This document shows, piece by piece, positions 52,375-62,048 of a stretch of DNA of 64,000 bases. A program made the position numbers and the translations under genes. The DNA is taken from contig CBDCYI010000004.1 of assembly GCA_965224085.1 (NCBI GenBank), forward strand, positions 1,696,001 through 1,760,000, in the 5' to 3' direction. Numbering within the stretch: position 1 is the stretch's first letter; every line of letters begins with the position of its first letter. The notes beneath the pieces were generated by a model, which saw only the letters and a list, made by a program, of their open reading frames with translations, made no database searches and was not told where the DNA came from. The stretch is from Candidatus Marinacidobacterales bacterium. Lineage in GTDB: Bacteria; Acidobacteriota; Vicinamibacteria; Marinacidobacterales; SMYC01.

Positions 52375-53061
52375 TTAGTTGTTTTGCGGTACGGGTGAGC
52401 TGGCCTCGACCTGATCGGAGGAGATGATTCCAATCGCGGTAGCGGTGGCACCAGCTCCCGAAAGTAAAAGAAGCAGACCACCAGGGAGGGTTCCGTCTGC
52501 GCCGGTGATGAGGGCAAGACAGGCGGACAAATGAGAAACGCACGTTCTCGGGACCCACGGGGGAACATCCGACGTTCGACGACCGTCATCCGCCGCCATC
52601 CAAGCGACTTGTTCCTCACGGTCGATCACGAAACAAAGCTCGGCGACATAGTCGAGCTGAACGTTGAGATCCAAGCGTTGTTTTACTGGAAAGTCGAACC
52701 CCTCATGGCGCAAGGTGAATTCGTAAGTACCGACGGGCGTTTCGCGGATCGCGTACTCGCCCGTCTCGTCGCTAAGCTCACTAACAAAAGTGGCATTTGT
52801 CGCGAGCTGACGGCCGATGACCAACACCGCTTCACGCTCATCCACGAACTCCATCGCATCGAGCTCCGCGAACGTCTCGTCGAAATCCGAATCCTGCGCA
52901 CGTTTCGCTTCGATATGTTCGCGGTAGCGCTCTTTGTCGATTTCATAGACACGCCCGATGACGAACCCCTCGAGAATTTTTTCTTCGGCCGAAGCGCCCG
53001 GCAAGAAAGATGCCATCGCGATCGCGATTGCGGTGAGCCTATGGTTTCCTATCCTCTTCAT
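52375..53061 (-). CDS. Hypothetical secreted/membrane-anchored protein
   Basis: MKRIGNHRL.. signal peptide, SDETGEY carboxypeptidase-regulatory-like strand, hydrophobic C-terminus. Confidence 0.6.
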   Translation of the reverse strand: MKRIGNHRLTAIAIAMASFLPGASAEEKILEGFVIGRVYEIDKERYREHIEAKRAQDSDFDETFAELDAMEFVDEREAVLVIGRQLATNATFVSELSDETGEYAIRETPVGTYEFTLRHEGFDFPVKQRLDLNVQLDYVAELCFVIDREEQVAWMAADDGRRTSDVPPWVPRTCVSHLSACLALITGADGTLPGGLLLLLSGAGATATAIGIISSDQVEASSPVPQNN

Positions 53062-53164
53062 GTCTTCACAGATACACACCCGAGACCCAAACGCTTGGGT
53101 CTTGAAGTATATTTTGCGTTGTTGACAGAAGCTTGTTATTAGTTTAGCGAGGCGAAGTGATTTG

Positions 53165-54364
53165 TCAAACGCCCTGATTCTTCGTGGTCGAGTCCGATCG
53201 GAAAGCGATGGCGGAAATCTTGCCGCCGTCGACCTGAAGAGCGCGCTTTCCATCCAGAATATCGAGCAAATCCTGGCCCGCGACGTCGCGGCGCCACCCT
53301 TCCAATAATGGAAGCTCCGGTAGCACGCCACGGTGATGGCCCGCGGCGAGGGTTTTGAGATCGCCCCGTGTCGCGAGCATCGAGGGGGCGATCTCGGCTT
53401 CGAGAGAGCGCGCATAGAGCCAGGCCTCGAGCAGTCTCGCCACCGAATCGATGTGGGGCGGGACTTTGAATCTTACTTTGTCGGGGGCGGCTTTTTTGAC
53501 CGGATGCTGCAATCCTCTCTTGACGGCTTGAACGATAGCGTCTCCGACTTTAGCAATTTGGTGCGGCTTGAGCGAGCGGATCTGTTTGAGGTTTTGGATA
53601 GAAGATGGACGCCGGCGTGCAATCTCTAAGATGCTCTGATCCCGGATCACCCATCCGCGGGGAAGGTTCCGTGTACGTGCCGTTTGCTCCCGCCACGCCG
53701 CCACCTCACGGAGAACCCCCAAGCTCGCGCTGCTCAGCCCGCTCGTCTTGAGACGCTGGTAGTAGTCAAGAGGCTCCGGCGTGATGTAAGTCGTTTCCAT
53801 TTCCAGACGATGGCACTCTTCTTTGTCCCAGCCGGATCGTCCGAGCGCGTCGAGGCGCTCTCCGAGATGTTTGCGGATCTCGGAAAGATAGCGCACGTCC
53901 TCGAGCGAATATTCGAGCTGCGCTTTCGTGAGCGGCCGCGCCGTCCAATCCGTCAGCGTCTCTAGCTTATTGAGCTGCACGCCGTTAACTTTAGCGACGA
54001 GCTTGGCGTAAGAGATTTGGTCGCCATAGCCGACGAGCGCCGCTGCAATCTGCGAATCGAACACATTTTTCGGAACAGCACCGCCCTTCTCGTAGAGCGC
54101 CGCGAAGTCCTGCTCACCGGCATGGACGACTTTTTCCAAGGATTCGTCGACGAGCAATTCGTAGAGAGGCTCGAGTGTAGATAGAGCGCGCGGATCGATC
54201 ACGGCCTCTATTCCTGGAGCTGCGACTTGCACGATGCCGAGCTGAATGAAAAAAGTGCGCTCGCGGACGAACTCGGTATCGAGGGCAAAGGAATCGAAGG
54301 TGCTGAGTTTCTGGCAAAGCTCTTCGAGCTCGTCGGTTTGTTCGATGACTACATGTGACATCAA
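53165..54364 (-). CDS. rnd: Ribonuclease D with HRDC domain
   Basis: ALDTEFVRERT, KVVHA..D, FDSQ, TDW.ARPL, AAWRE..AR..N.PR. Confidence 0.93.
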   Translation of the reverse strand: MMSHVVIEQTDELEELCQKLSTFDSFALDTEFVRERTFFIQLGIVQVAAPGIEAVIDPRALSTLEPLYELLVDESLEKVVHAGEQDFAALYEKGGAVPKNVFDSQIAAALVGYGDQISYAKLVAKVNGVQLNKLETLTDWTARPLTKAQLEYSLEDVRYLSEIRKHLGERLDALGRSGWDKEECHRLEMETTYITPEPLDYYQRLKTSGLSSASLGVLREVAAWREQTARTRNLPRGWVIRDQSILEIARRRPSSIQNLKQIRSLKPHQIAKVGDAIVQAVKRGLQHPVKKAAPDKVRFKVPPHIDSVARLLEAWLYARSLEAEIAPSMLATRGDLKTLAAGHHRGVLPELPLLEGWRRDVAGQDLLDILDGKRALQVDGGKISAIAFRSDSTTKNQGV

Positions 54365-56814
54365 GACCCAAGTGAGAAACGGAATGAAAAACCCATGTCA
54401 ACGCTGTTGAGAAACTCGCCAAAGCGAGGACTCGCAAGGTTTGACACGACTTCGCGGGGGTTGTAATGGCTCGCCAAGTTAAAGATCTGAAAACCGACAC
54501 GTATCTTACGGCCTTTGACGCTGAGGCCTTTCATCACGCGCACGTCGACCGAAAGAAAATTGGGGAATCGACCGCCGCGATTCCGCTCGCCAAGCGGTAG
54601 ATAACCTTCGCTCGAGACGCTATAGGGAAAGCCAGAGCGCCACTCGACGCCCGGCGACACCGTGATTTCTCCTTTAACGTGCCAGATGCCCCAGAACAGC
54701 GCGCGGTGTGGGACATCGTGACGGAAAAGCGACCTCTCATTGGCGAGAAAAAGAGGCGTCCTCAAATCCTGGTAAAGCGCGGCGAAGTCGTTCAGATCAC
54801 CAGTCGAACGCGCCCGTACGTAGGACAAGAACAGCTCGTTCTTCTCGCGTTTGACGCGCAGTGTGACGTCGAGCTCGCGCGAAAGGGACTTCCCTCGCGA
54901 CGATAAAAGCATGGCGCCCGAGGCACCGTTTTCAACACGGTCCACGATCAGCTCCTTCGAGCCGCGCCGTTCACGGTAGTTCACCCGCAGCTGAAGGTCT
55001 TTTGGGAGCACCTGGCTGAACTCGACATTCCAAGTTGTGCCCCGCGGCATGTCCAGACCTTCGTCAGCCACACTGGGCGCGAAAACGAGCGGAGAGCCTT
55101 CCGGCAAGCCGTCCGCTCCAAAATTTCTTTCGACGCGTCTTTGGAAACGATCGAAGCGGTCCGCATAGAGCAACACACGATCGTAGAAGATGCCCCAGCC
55201 CGCTTTGATGACCGTGCGACCCTTTCGATCGAGCGCAAACGCCGTTGAGACACGCGGCGCGAGTTGATGCTCACTCACGAGCCGGTCGTAGTCGTAGCGA
55301 AGACCGATGTTAAAGCCCAGGCGGTCGGTGAGCCGCCACCGGTCCTGCACGTAAGCCGAAAATTGAACGTCTTCACCGCCAACAGCCGGATCGCCGACGT
55401 ATTCAACCCTCTGGATGACACCGCCCCCGTTGCTTAGAATCTCGACCGGCCGGCCCATATCCGTGCCGGTGAAGCTCGTATAGGAGACATTGCCACCAAT
55501 CTTCATGATGTGCTCCCCGAAGAGATCTGGTGGCGCGTGGGTGCACGAGGAGGCAACCTCGAAACGCAGGCTGTCGCGGTCGAGCTCATTGAAGTAGTTG
55601 CCGCGCAACCCCTCCGGAGTCAGGCGCGAAGGCGCATCGCCCTTAGGGCCGACGGCAACATCGAATGTCTTCACCGCGATGATCGTTTCGACGAATGTGC
55701 GAGAAAAAAAGGACCGCTCGGAGACGGCGAAATTCCAGCCTTTGCTGTTGAAATCCGGCGTGGCATTCGCCGTGACGAGTGCGTTCAAGCCGAGATTGTC
55801 GACCTCGAGGGGAAAGTAGGAGAAGGTCGTCGTGAGGTGATGCTTCTCTGCGAAACGAAAGTCGAGTTGAGTAAAGCTGTCGTAACTCTCGAGTACCCGC
55901 TCGTCCTCACCAGCCGCGACGTCGTAGACACGCGAGCGCACGAAACGATAGGCGAGGCCTTGCGAGAACCAGGCTTTGCCTTTCTTGATAGGGCCACTGA
56001 TCTGGATCTGAGGGACGAACGAGCGGAGGCCATGGATCGTGCCGCCTCTGAAGTTGAAGCTCGGCCACAAGTTCCCGTAGTCCAAATCCCATTCATCCGT
56101 GCCGCCCCGCGTTTCGATCTTCGCAACGGCTCCGGTGATTCGGCCATATTCCGCCGAGTACGGCAAGTTGTTTACTTCGACCGCCTTGATCGCTTTGAGC
56201 GGGAGCTCGACGGCGAACTCCCCCGTTACCGGATCCGTCACGTTCGCGCCGTTCACGAGCAGCGTGGACTGACTGGGACGGGCACCATTGAAGCTCAAGC
56301 GCCCTTCCGGATCCCGCACGACGCCAGGCACGAGCGGGAAAGACTCTTGGAAACGATCCGTAGCAAGCGGCAGGACGTCCAGCTGCTCCGGCGTGAGCGT
56401 GACGACTTCCTCGGGCTCGTTCGCGACCCCATCGGTCGCAACACCTTCGATCATGACGCTCTCCGAGACCCGCACGATTTGGAGGCCCACCTCGAACCGT
56501 GTTTCCTCGCCCGCCACGACACGGACCTTCTCGATCGAATAATCTTCATAGCCGGGAAGCACCACGACGAATCGGCAAAACCCGGCGGGTATATCTCGAA
56601 ACACAAATCCGCCCATGGAGCCGGTGACCTCGACGAACGAGGCACCCGATTCCGTCGTCATCGTCACGAGCACCCCGGGGAGCGGATTTCCGCCCGGACC
56701 GCTGACAGTCCCAACAACGCGCCCAGTACGAGCCTGCGCGAGGGGCGTGCCCGTAGCTGGGAGAACGAAAAGAAGTAATCCGCCCAGGGTCGCTCGAACC
56801 GGAATCTTGAACAC
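54361..56814 (-). CDS. TonB-dependent receptor (Oar-like) with N-terminal carboxypeptidase-regulatory domain
   Basis: Signal peptide, LPGV.V, YSAEYGR..G, AYVQDRW, GLRYD; GTG start 56814 inferred. Confidence 0.88.
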   Translation of the reverse strand: MFKIPVRATLGGLLLFVLPATGTPLAQARTGRVVGTVSGPGGNPLPGVLVTMTTESGASFVEVTGSMGGFVFRDIPAGFCRFVVVLPGYEDYSIEKVRVVAGEETRFEVGLQIVRVSESVMIEGVATDGVANEPEEVVTLTPEQLDVLPLATDRFQESFPLVPGVVRDPEGRLSFNGARPSQSTLLVNGANVTDPVTGEFAVELPLKAIKAVEVNNLPYSAEYGRITGAVAKIETRGGTDEWDLDYGNLWPSFNFRGGTIHGLRSFVPQIQISGPIKKGKAWFSQGLAYRFVRSRVYDVAAGEDERVLESYDSFTQLDFRFAEKHHLTTTFSYFPLEVDNLGLNALVTANATPDFNSKGWNFAVSERSFFSRTFVETIIAVKTFDVAVGPKGDAPSRLTPEGLRGNYFNELDRDSLRFEVASSCTHAPPDLFGEHIMKIGGNVSYTSFTGTDMGRPVEILSNGGGVIQRVEYVGDPAVGGEDVQFSAYVQDRWRLTDRLGFNIGLRYDYDRLVSEHQLAPRVSTAFALDRKGRTVIKAGWGIFYDRVLLYADRFDRFQRRVERNFGADGLPEGSPLVFAPSVADEGLDMPRGTTWNVEFSQVLPKDLQLRVNYRERRGSKELIVDRVENGASGAMLLSSRGKSLSRELDVTLRVKREKNELFLSYVRARSTGDLNDFAALYQDLRTPLFLANERSLFRHDVPHRALFWGIWHVKGEITVSPGVEWRSGFPYSVSSEGYLPLGERNRGGRFPNFLSVDVRVMKGLSVKGRKIRVGFQIFNLASHYNPREVVSNLASPRFGEFLNSVDMGFSFRFSLGS

Positions 56815-56935
56815 GCGTGATTCACTTTTGGGGAGCTCGATACAGGACCGGCTGGCGGCTTCCGTCGACGAGTCTATCACGTCCACCGAGTTGCGCAGTT
56901 GTGATAGAACTTGCGCTCCAAAGGAGCGAAACGTC

Positions 56936-58405
56936 GTGGACTCTCCTCCCAGCTGGCTCAGTGTTCTACCCCCCCTGATCGCTATCATCACCGCGCTCGT
57001 TACGAAGCAAGTCTTCCTGTCTTTGTTTGCTGGGATCTGGCTCGGCTGGTGCGTTCTCGACGGCGGCAACGTCGTGCTCGGACTCAGGGATGCGCTCCAG
57101 GCGCTCGTCGATGTGTACAAGAGTGATGGGAACACACGGACGATCATGTTCAGCGCGCTCATGGGCTCGTTGATTGCCTTGACGCAGCACTCGGGAGGTG
57201 TTTCGGGTTTCATTCTTTGGGTGACGGAGAAGGGCTACGTTGTCTCGCGGCGCGGCGCGCAGCTGCTTGCGTCTTTCCTTGGGCTCGGGATCTTCCTCGA
57301 GTCTAACATCACGTGTCTCGTGTCGGGATCGATATCGAGACCGCTCTTCGACAAGTTCCGGCTCTCCCGTGAGAAGCTCGCCTATATCTGCGATTCCACG
57401 TCGGCTCCTGTGTGCATCCTCATCCCGATGAACGGCTGGGGAGCCTTCATCTGGGGCGTACTCGCAACCCAAGGGATCGACCGTCCGATCGTAGCGCTCT
57501 TCACAGCAAACCTCTTCAACTTTTACGCGTTTCTCGCCGTGGCCCTCGTATTCTTCATCGTAATCACCGGCCGCGATTGGGGCGCCATGGCGAAGGCCGA
57601 AAAACGAGCTCTCGAGACGGGAAAAGTCATTCGTGACGGCGCCAAGCCCCTCGTTTCCGCGGACGTCCTGGCGCTTCCGACCAAACAAGGCGTGGAGCCG
57701 AAGGCGCGCAACATGATCGTACCTCTGCTCACGATGCTCGTGGCGATGCCGGTCGGCCTCTACATCACCGGTAGCGGGGATACGCTCGCAGCGAGCGAGT
57801 CTACGTCGGTGCTCTGGAGCGTGCTCCTCACGATCCTCGCAGGGAGCGGGTCCACGTCGGTGTTGTGGGCCGTGCTCCTCGCGATCACGGTAGCTTACGT
57901 CCTCTATACGGTGCAGCGCATCTTCAGCCTGAGCGAGTTCATGGAGCTCGTTTTGAACGGCATTGGCGGACTGATGCCCGTCGTGCTCCTGATGATGATG
58001 GCTTTTGCGATCGGCGCCGTTTCGATAGAGCTTCGAACGGGTGAGTATCTCGCCGGCCTCTCCGAAGGCCTTCTCAGCCCGTCTCTCGTTCCCGCCATCC
58101 TCTTCGTGCTAACAGGCTTCATCGCCTTTTCCACCGGAACATCATGGGGCACATTCGCCATCATGCTACCGATCGGCATCCCCATGGCCGAGGTCGTCGG
58201 CGCTCATCTCCACATGACGATCGGCGCCGTGCTTGCGGGCGGGATCTTCGGCGACCACTGCTCTCCCATCTCGGACACGACGATCATCTCGTCCATGGCC
58301 TCTGGCTCGGATCACATCGATCACGTAAACACCCAGCTCCCCTACGCCCTCGCGATCGGAGCCCTCGCGACAGTGTGTTTTCTCGTCGCCGGCGTAGCTG
58401 CTTGA
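56936..58405 (+). CDS. NhaC-family Na+/H+ antiporter-like transporter
   Basis: AAGGAG RBS then GTG; WLSVLPP, SREKLAY..DST, GTSWGT, GDHCSPISDTT. Confidence 0.92.
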   Translation: MDSPPSWLSVLPPLIAIITALVTKQVFLSLFAGIWLGWCVLDGGNVVLGLRDALQALVDVYKSDGNTRTIMFSALMGSLIALTQHSGGVSGFILWVTEKGYVVSRRGAQLLASFLGLGIFLESNITCLVSGSISRPLFDKFRLSREKLAYICDSTSAPVCILIPMNGWGAFIWGVLATQGIDRPIVALFTANLFNFYAFLAVALVFFIVITGRDWGAMAKAEKRALETGKVIRDGAKPLVSADVLALPTKQGVEPKARNMIVPLLTMLVAMPVGLYITGSGDTLAASESTSVLWSVLLTILAGSGSTSVLWAVLLAITVAYVLYTVQRIFSLSEFMELVLNGIGGLMPVVLLMMMAFAIGAVSIELRTGEYLAGLSEGLLSPSLVPAILFVLTGFIAFSTGTSWGTFAIMLPIGIPMAEVVGAHLHMTIGAVLAGGIFGDHCSPISDTTIISSMASGSDHIDHVNTQLPYALAIGALATVCFLVAGVAA

Positions 58406-58495
58406 GTTTCGTGTAGCCACCGGCTAACGGGCGCTTCAATAGCGGCATGGACGCCGATTGGTAGCAGATAGCAGGTAGCGTGTTCGAAACGGGAC

Positions 58496-59749
58496 TCAGA
58501 GAGAGCGAATCACCAAGACCGTAGCGTCGTCCGTCGGGGCGCCGCCGCTGAAGCGACGAACATCGCTCAGAACGATTCGGCAGACTTCAGCCGCGGGTTC
58601 GCCTTGGTTCTCTTTCAACACGTCGAGCAAACGGCTCCGTCCATAGTCCTCGTCCTCCGCGTTGGTCGACTCGGTGATGCCGTCGGTGTAGAGACAGAGG
58701 AGGTCACCGCTTTGGAGTTGGACGAACTGTTCGAAATAGCGGGGGTTGTCGAAAAAGCCGAGCGGAAATCCGCCGGAGCGCAAGAGCTCCACGTCTCCAT
58801 TCTTACGAAGCACGATCGGAGGTAGGTGTCCCGCGTTGATATAGATGAAGCGCCGCGCTTGCGCATCGAGCACCGCGTAGAACAGCGTGACATATTTAGC
58901 TTTGGGACCCGTCGAGACATGGATGAACTCGTTCGCGCGCTGGAGGATCGAGCGCAACGCGAGCTCACGTTTCGCGAGCGTATAGAGAGTCGCGCGCATG
59001 GCGGCCACGACGAGCGCCGCCGGTGCGCCTTTACCTGAAACGTCCGCCATCGCAAAGCCCCATCGATCGCTCTCGAGCGGGATGAAGTCGTAGTAGTCGC
59101 CGCCGACCTCGTAGGCCGGCTCGATGACGGCGGCGATGTCGAAGCCATCGAGCCGAGGTGCGTCGCTCGGCAGAAGCCCCGACATGACTTGCCGGGCGAC
59201 CTCGAGCTCACTCGTAACCCGGCGTCCGCTCACATTCTCCGAATAGAGAAGCGCCCTCTCGATGGACGGCGCCGCTGCCCGGCTATAGCTCATCAAGATC
59301 TCGAGATCGTCATTCGTGTAGCGCGATGCCTCGTCGGACTCCACCGTGATGACGCCGAGCACACGCCCTCCGCCCCCGATGATCGGTGCTGCAAGCGCGG
59401 TGAGAGTGGACTCCCGAAGGTTCGGGCCTCTGTCCTCGTCCGTCACTGCGAGCTCAGACGAGGCGCGCCCAGAGCGAAGGACCCGCCCCGGCAGATCCTC
59501 GGCGGACTCGAGTCTCCGCGCTTCACGCGCTGCTTCGCTTTCAGCTCGCGCACGCTGGCAAACGATCGCTCCGCCATGACGTTCGCGAACGTAGATGCTG
59601 GCAGACTCGGACGCGAAAAGCGCCCTCGAGCCGGCCAACACGTGGTCGGCGGTGCGGCTCAGGTCCAAGGAGCTCCCTAGAGTCTCCAGGAGATCGAGCA
59701 GCACCCGCGTCTCAGAAGAGGCTCGTACCTCACTTGCCAGTTTCGACAT
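58496..59749 (-). CDS. GAF plus PP2C/SpoIIE phosphatase (RsbU-like)
   Basis: VGGDYYD, ADVSGKG, NAGH, YTDG.TE, DDAT. Confidence 0.93.
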   Translation of the reverse strand: MSKLASEVRASSETRVLLDLLETLGSSLDLSRTADHVLAGSRALFASESASIYVRERHGGAIVCQRARAESEAAREARRLESAEDLPGRVLRSGRASSELAVTDEDRGPNLRESTLTALAAPIIGGGGRVLGVITVESDEASRYTNDDLEILMSYSRAAAPSIERALLYSENVSGRRVTSELEVARQVMSGLLPSDAPRLDGFDIAAVIEPAYEVGGDYYDFIPLESDRWGFAMADVSGKGAPAALVVAAMRATLYTLAKRELALRSILQRANEFIHVSTGPKAKYVTLFYAVLDAQARRFIYINAGHLPPIVLRKNGDVELLRSGGFPLGFFDNPRYFEQFVQLQSGDLLCLYTDGITESTNAEDEDYGRSRLLDVLKENQGEPAAEVCRIVLSDVRRFSGGAPTDDATVLVIRSL

Positions 59750-59773
59750 AGCCGATCAGTCTAACAAAGGCTC

Positions 59774-60871
59774 TCAGGCTCGGCTAGATTTCGCGGCGAT
59801 TTTCCAAATGCCGAGCGTCAATACCGGCAGAAGATAAACGGCCCAAAACCCGTAAGTAATGGCCCTGTAACCGGTGGAGATTAATTCCTCCAGACCAGCC
59901 TGCGCGATCAATGTCGCGAGCGCCAGCAGGGCGACCGCGACCACTGGGCGCATTCCGGACGGAAGGTGCTTGCTGTTTTCCTCGAAAGAGCGCGAGAGGC
60001 GCTCGTTGAAGGCGTGGATAAGTCCCGTCCCCGTCTCGACGAGTGTGCCGAGAAGCATGATTTGGAATGTCAGAAGAAGGGCGCGCGAGCCGACGCGCTC
60101 AAGAAGGAGGATGGACGGCACGGTCTCGGACAAGACTTGCGGGTACAGTCCCAACATGGCCATATAAAAGAAGAACCCTGGGATGATCGCGATGGGCCCC
60201 GCGAGAAGACCCGCCGTCAACGCCTCTTTGCGGTGTTGCTGGTGGCGGATGGTGAAAAGAACAGCAGGGAGTATACCGACATTATAGGCCGCATATTCGA
60301 TCCCCCCCACGAACCAACCCGGCGTGATTTCGAAAGCACGCAGCGTCGAAACAATGTCATCGCCAAAGGAGACAAAGCATGCGACGACGAACACAACGTA
60401 GACCGCGTAGAGCACGAGCGACCAGAGAGAGAGAAATTTCTCGACGAGCGCCGTACCCTTCAGCACGAGAAAACCGACGCTGGCCATCATCATCGCAACC
60501 GCAACAAGATAAGGCAGCGGAAAGATCTGCTCGACGATGCTCCCTGCCGCCGCCGCGATGACGGACAAAACGATGATCATCAAGATCAGGTAGCAAATCT
60601 CATAGAGCCACCATGCTGGACCGAGGAGAACGCGCGAAAAACTTCGATATTCGTACGTCTTCATCAGGCGCGCGAGCTCGAAGGTCACAGCACCTACCGC
60701 GCTCCAGATCACGGTCGAAACGAGCGTCATGGCGAGAAGACCGCCACCGGGACCGAAGTTCAGGAAGAACTCGACGAGCTCGCGCCCGGTGCCGTAGCCC
60801 CCGGCAATAACCATCGACTGAAAAACGAATCCCGGCAGAAGGTACTTCTGGAAGAACGCGGAATTGAACAT
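59774..60871 (-). CDS. YkvI-like membrane transporter
   Basis: IAGGYGTGRELVEFF, about 10 TM segments. Confidence 0.85.
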   Translation of the reverse strand: MFNSAFFQKYLLPGFVFQSMVIAGGYGTGRELVEFFLNFGPGGGLLAMTLVSTVIWSAVGAVTFELARLMKTYEYRSFSRVLLGPAWWLYEICYLILMIIVLSVIAAAAGSIVEQIFPLPYLVAVAMMMASVGFLVLKGTALVEKFLSLWSLVLYAVYVVFVVACFVSFGDDIVSTLRAFEITPGWFVGGIEYAAYNVGILPAVLFTIRHQQHRKEALTAGLLAGPIAIIPGFFFYMAMLGLYPQVLSETVPSILLLERVGSRALLLTFQIMLLGTLVETGTGLIHAFNERLSRSFEENSKHLPSGMRPVVAVALLALATLIAQAGLEELISTGYRAITYGFWAVYLLPVLTLGIWKIAAKSSRA

Positions 60872-60969
60872 GGCGTGCGTTGATACTTCAACTGCCGCTC
60901 TGGATGCAAACGGGAACCGCCTCCCGACGGGGGGAGAGGTCCGATCAATATTAAGAAAAGCTTTTCTTA

Positions 60970-61758
60970 TTATTGATCTTTGGGGGGCGGTGCGGAGAAA
61001 TCGACGATGACCGGTGCGTGGTCGGAGGGTTGTTTCCCCTTGCGCTCGTCACGGTCGACGAAAGCGTTGTGGATGCGCTCGGCTAACGGCTTCGTGACGA
61101 GGACACCGTCGATGCGCAGGCCGTTATCTTTTTGGAAGCCCAACCGCCGGTAGTCCCACCACGAGTAGATACCGCCCTCGGGATGCACGATGCGGAAAGC
61201 GTCGACGAGTCCCCAGTCGATGAGTCGGTCAAAGGCGCCGCGCGCCTCGCGGTGACACAGCACGGATTCTGCCCACAGCTCGGGGTGTTTGACGTCTTTG
61301 TCGTCTGGGGTAATGTTGAAGTCGCCGCAGACCGCGAGCGGCTTCTCGGGATCGGTCTTAGCTTCGAGATATTCGCGAAGACGCGACAACCATTCGAGTT
61401 TGTAGGGCCACTTCTCCGAGGTCACATCGCCACCATTGGGCACGTAGACCGAGATCACCCGCACGCCCGCGACATCGACCGCGATCAGCCGCGCCTGGGA
61501 ATCGTCGGCGCTATCCTCGAGAGAGCGCGTCACGTTCCCGAGCGGCTCTTTGCTCAAGATCGCGACGCCGTTATAGGTCTTTTGTCCATAGATCGCGGAG
61601 TGATAGCCCGCTTGCATGAGCGGGAGCGCTGGGAAATCCTCCTCAGCTATTTTCAGCTCTTGCAAACAAATCGCATCCGGCTCGTGGCGTTCGAGAACAC
61701 CGAAGAGGCGCTCGAGGCGCGTTCTGATCGAGTTGACGTTCCACGTGATGATCCGCAT
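60970..61758 (-). CDS. xth: Exodeoxyribonuclease III
   Basis: TWNVNSIR, LQELK, YNGVA, YVPNG, GDFN, GLRID, SDHAP. Confidence 0.95.
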   Translation of the reverse strand: MRIITWNVNSIRTRLERLFGVLERHEPDAICLQELKIAEEDFPALPLMQAGYHSAIYGQKTYNGVAILSKEPLGNVTRSLEDSADDSQARLIAVDVAGVRVISVYVPNGGDVTSEKWPYKLEWLSRLREYLEAKTDPEKPLAVCGDFNITPDDKDVKHPELWAESVLCHREARGAFDRLIDWGLVDAFRIVHPEGGIYSWWDYRRLGFQKDNGLRIDGVLVTKPLAERIHNAFVDRDERKGKQPSDHAPVIVDFSAPPPKDQ

Positions 61759-61847
61759 TCGTGCGCCGATTATACCCGCCGCTCTCATTGCCTCCACGTC
61801 ACACGTTGCGTTAGGATGCCGCGTCCAATCGGTGAGGTGAGAAAAAC

Positions 61848-62048
61848 ATGAGAGCGTTCTTCCCGATGCGAGGCAGCGAGGTCGTGGCACTTGCGTTCCT
61901 GATCCTCTTCTCGGTCGTGTCCTTCATGCCCCTCTGGCGCACGATCGAAATCGCAGGGATGGCCGCTTTCGGATGGTTCATGGCGGCGCTCATGGTGATT
62001 TCGCCCGCGGTCGCGCTCTTCGTCTTCCTTCGCGAGCGACGTTCTTAG
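61848..62048 (+). CDS. Small 2-TM partner protein of the SSS transporter
   Basis: GAGG RBS, 66 aa, two TM segments, directly abuts the SSS gene. Confidence 0.75.
   Translation: MRAFFPMRGSEVVALAFLILFSVVSFMPLWRTIEIAGMAAFGWFMAALMVISPAVALFVFLRERRS

Noticed and set aside
56615-57213. Large overlap between TBDR and NhaC ORFs
   Set aside because: An artefact of longest-ORF starts; plausible starts at 56814 and 56936 leave a normal divergent intergenic gap.
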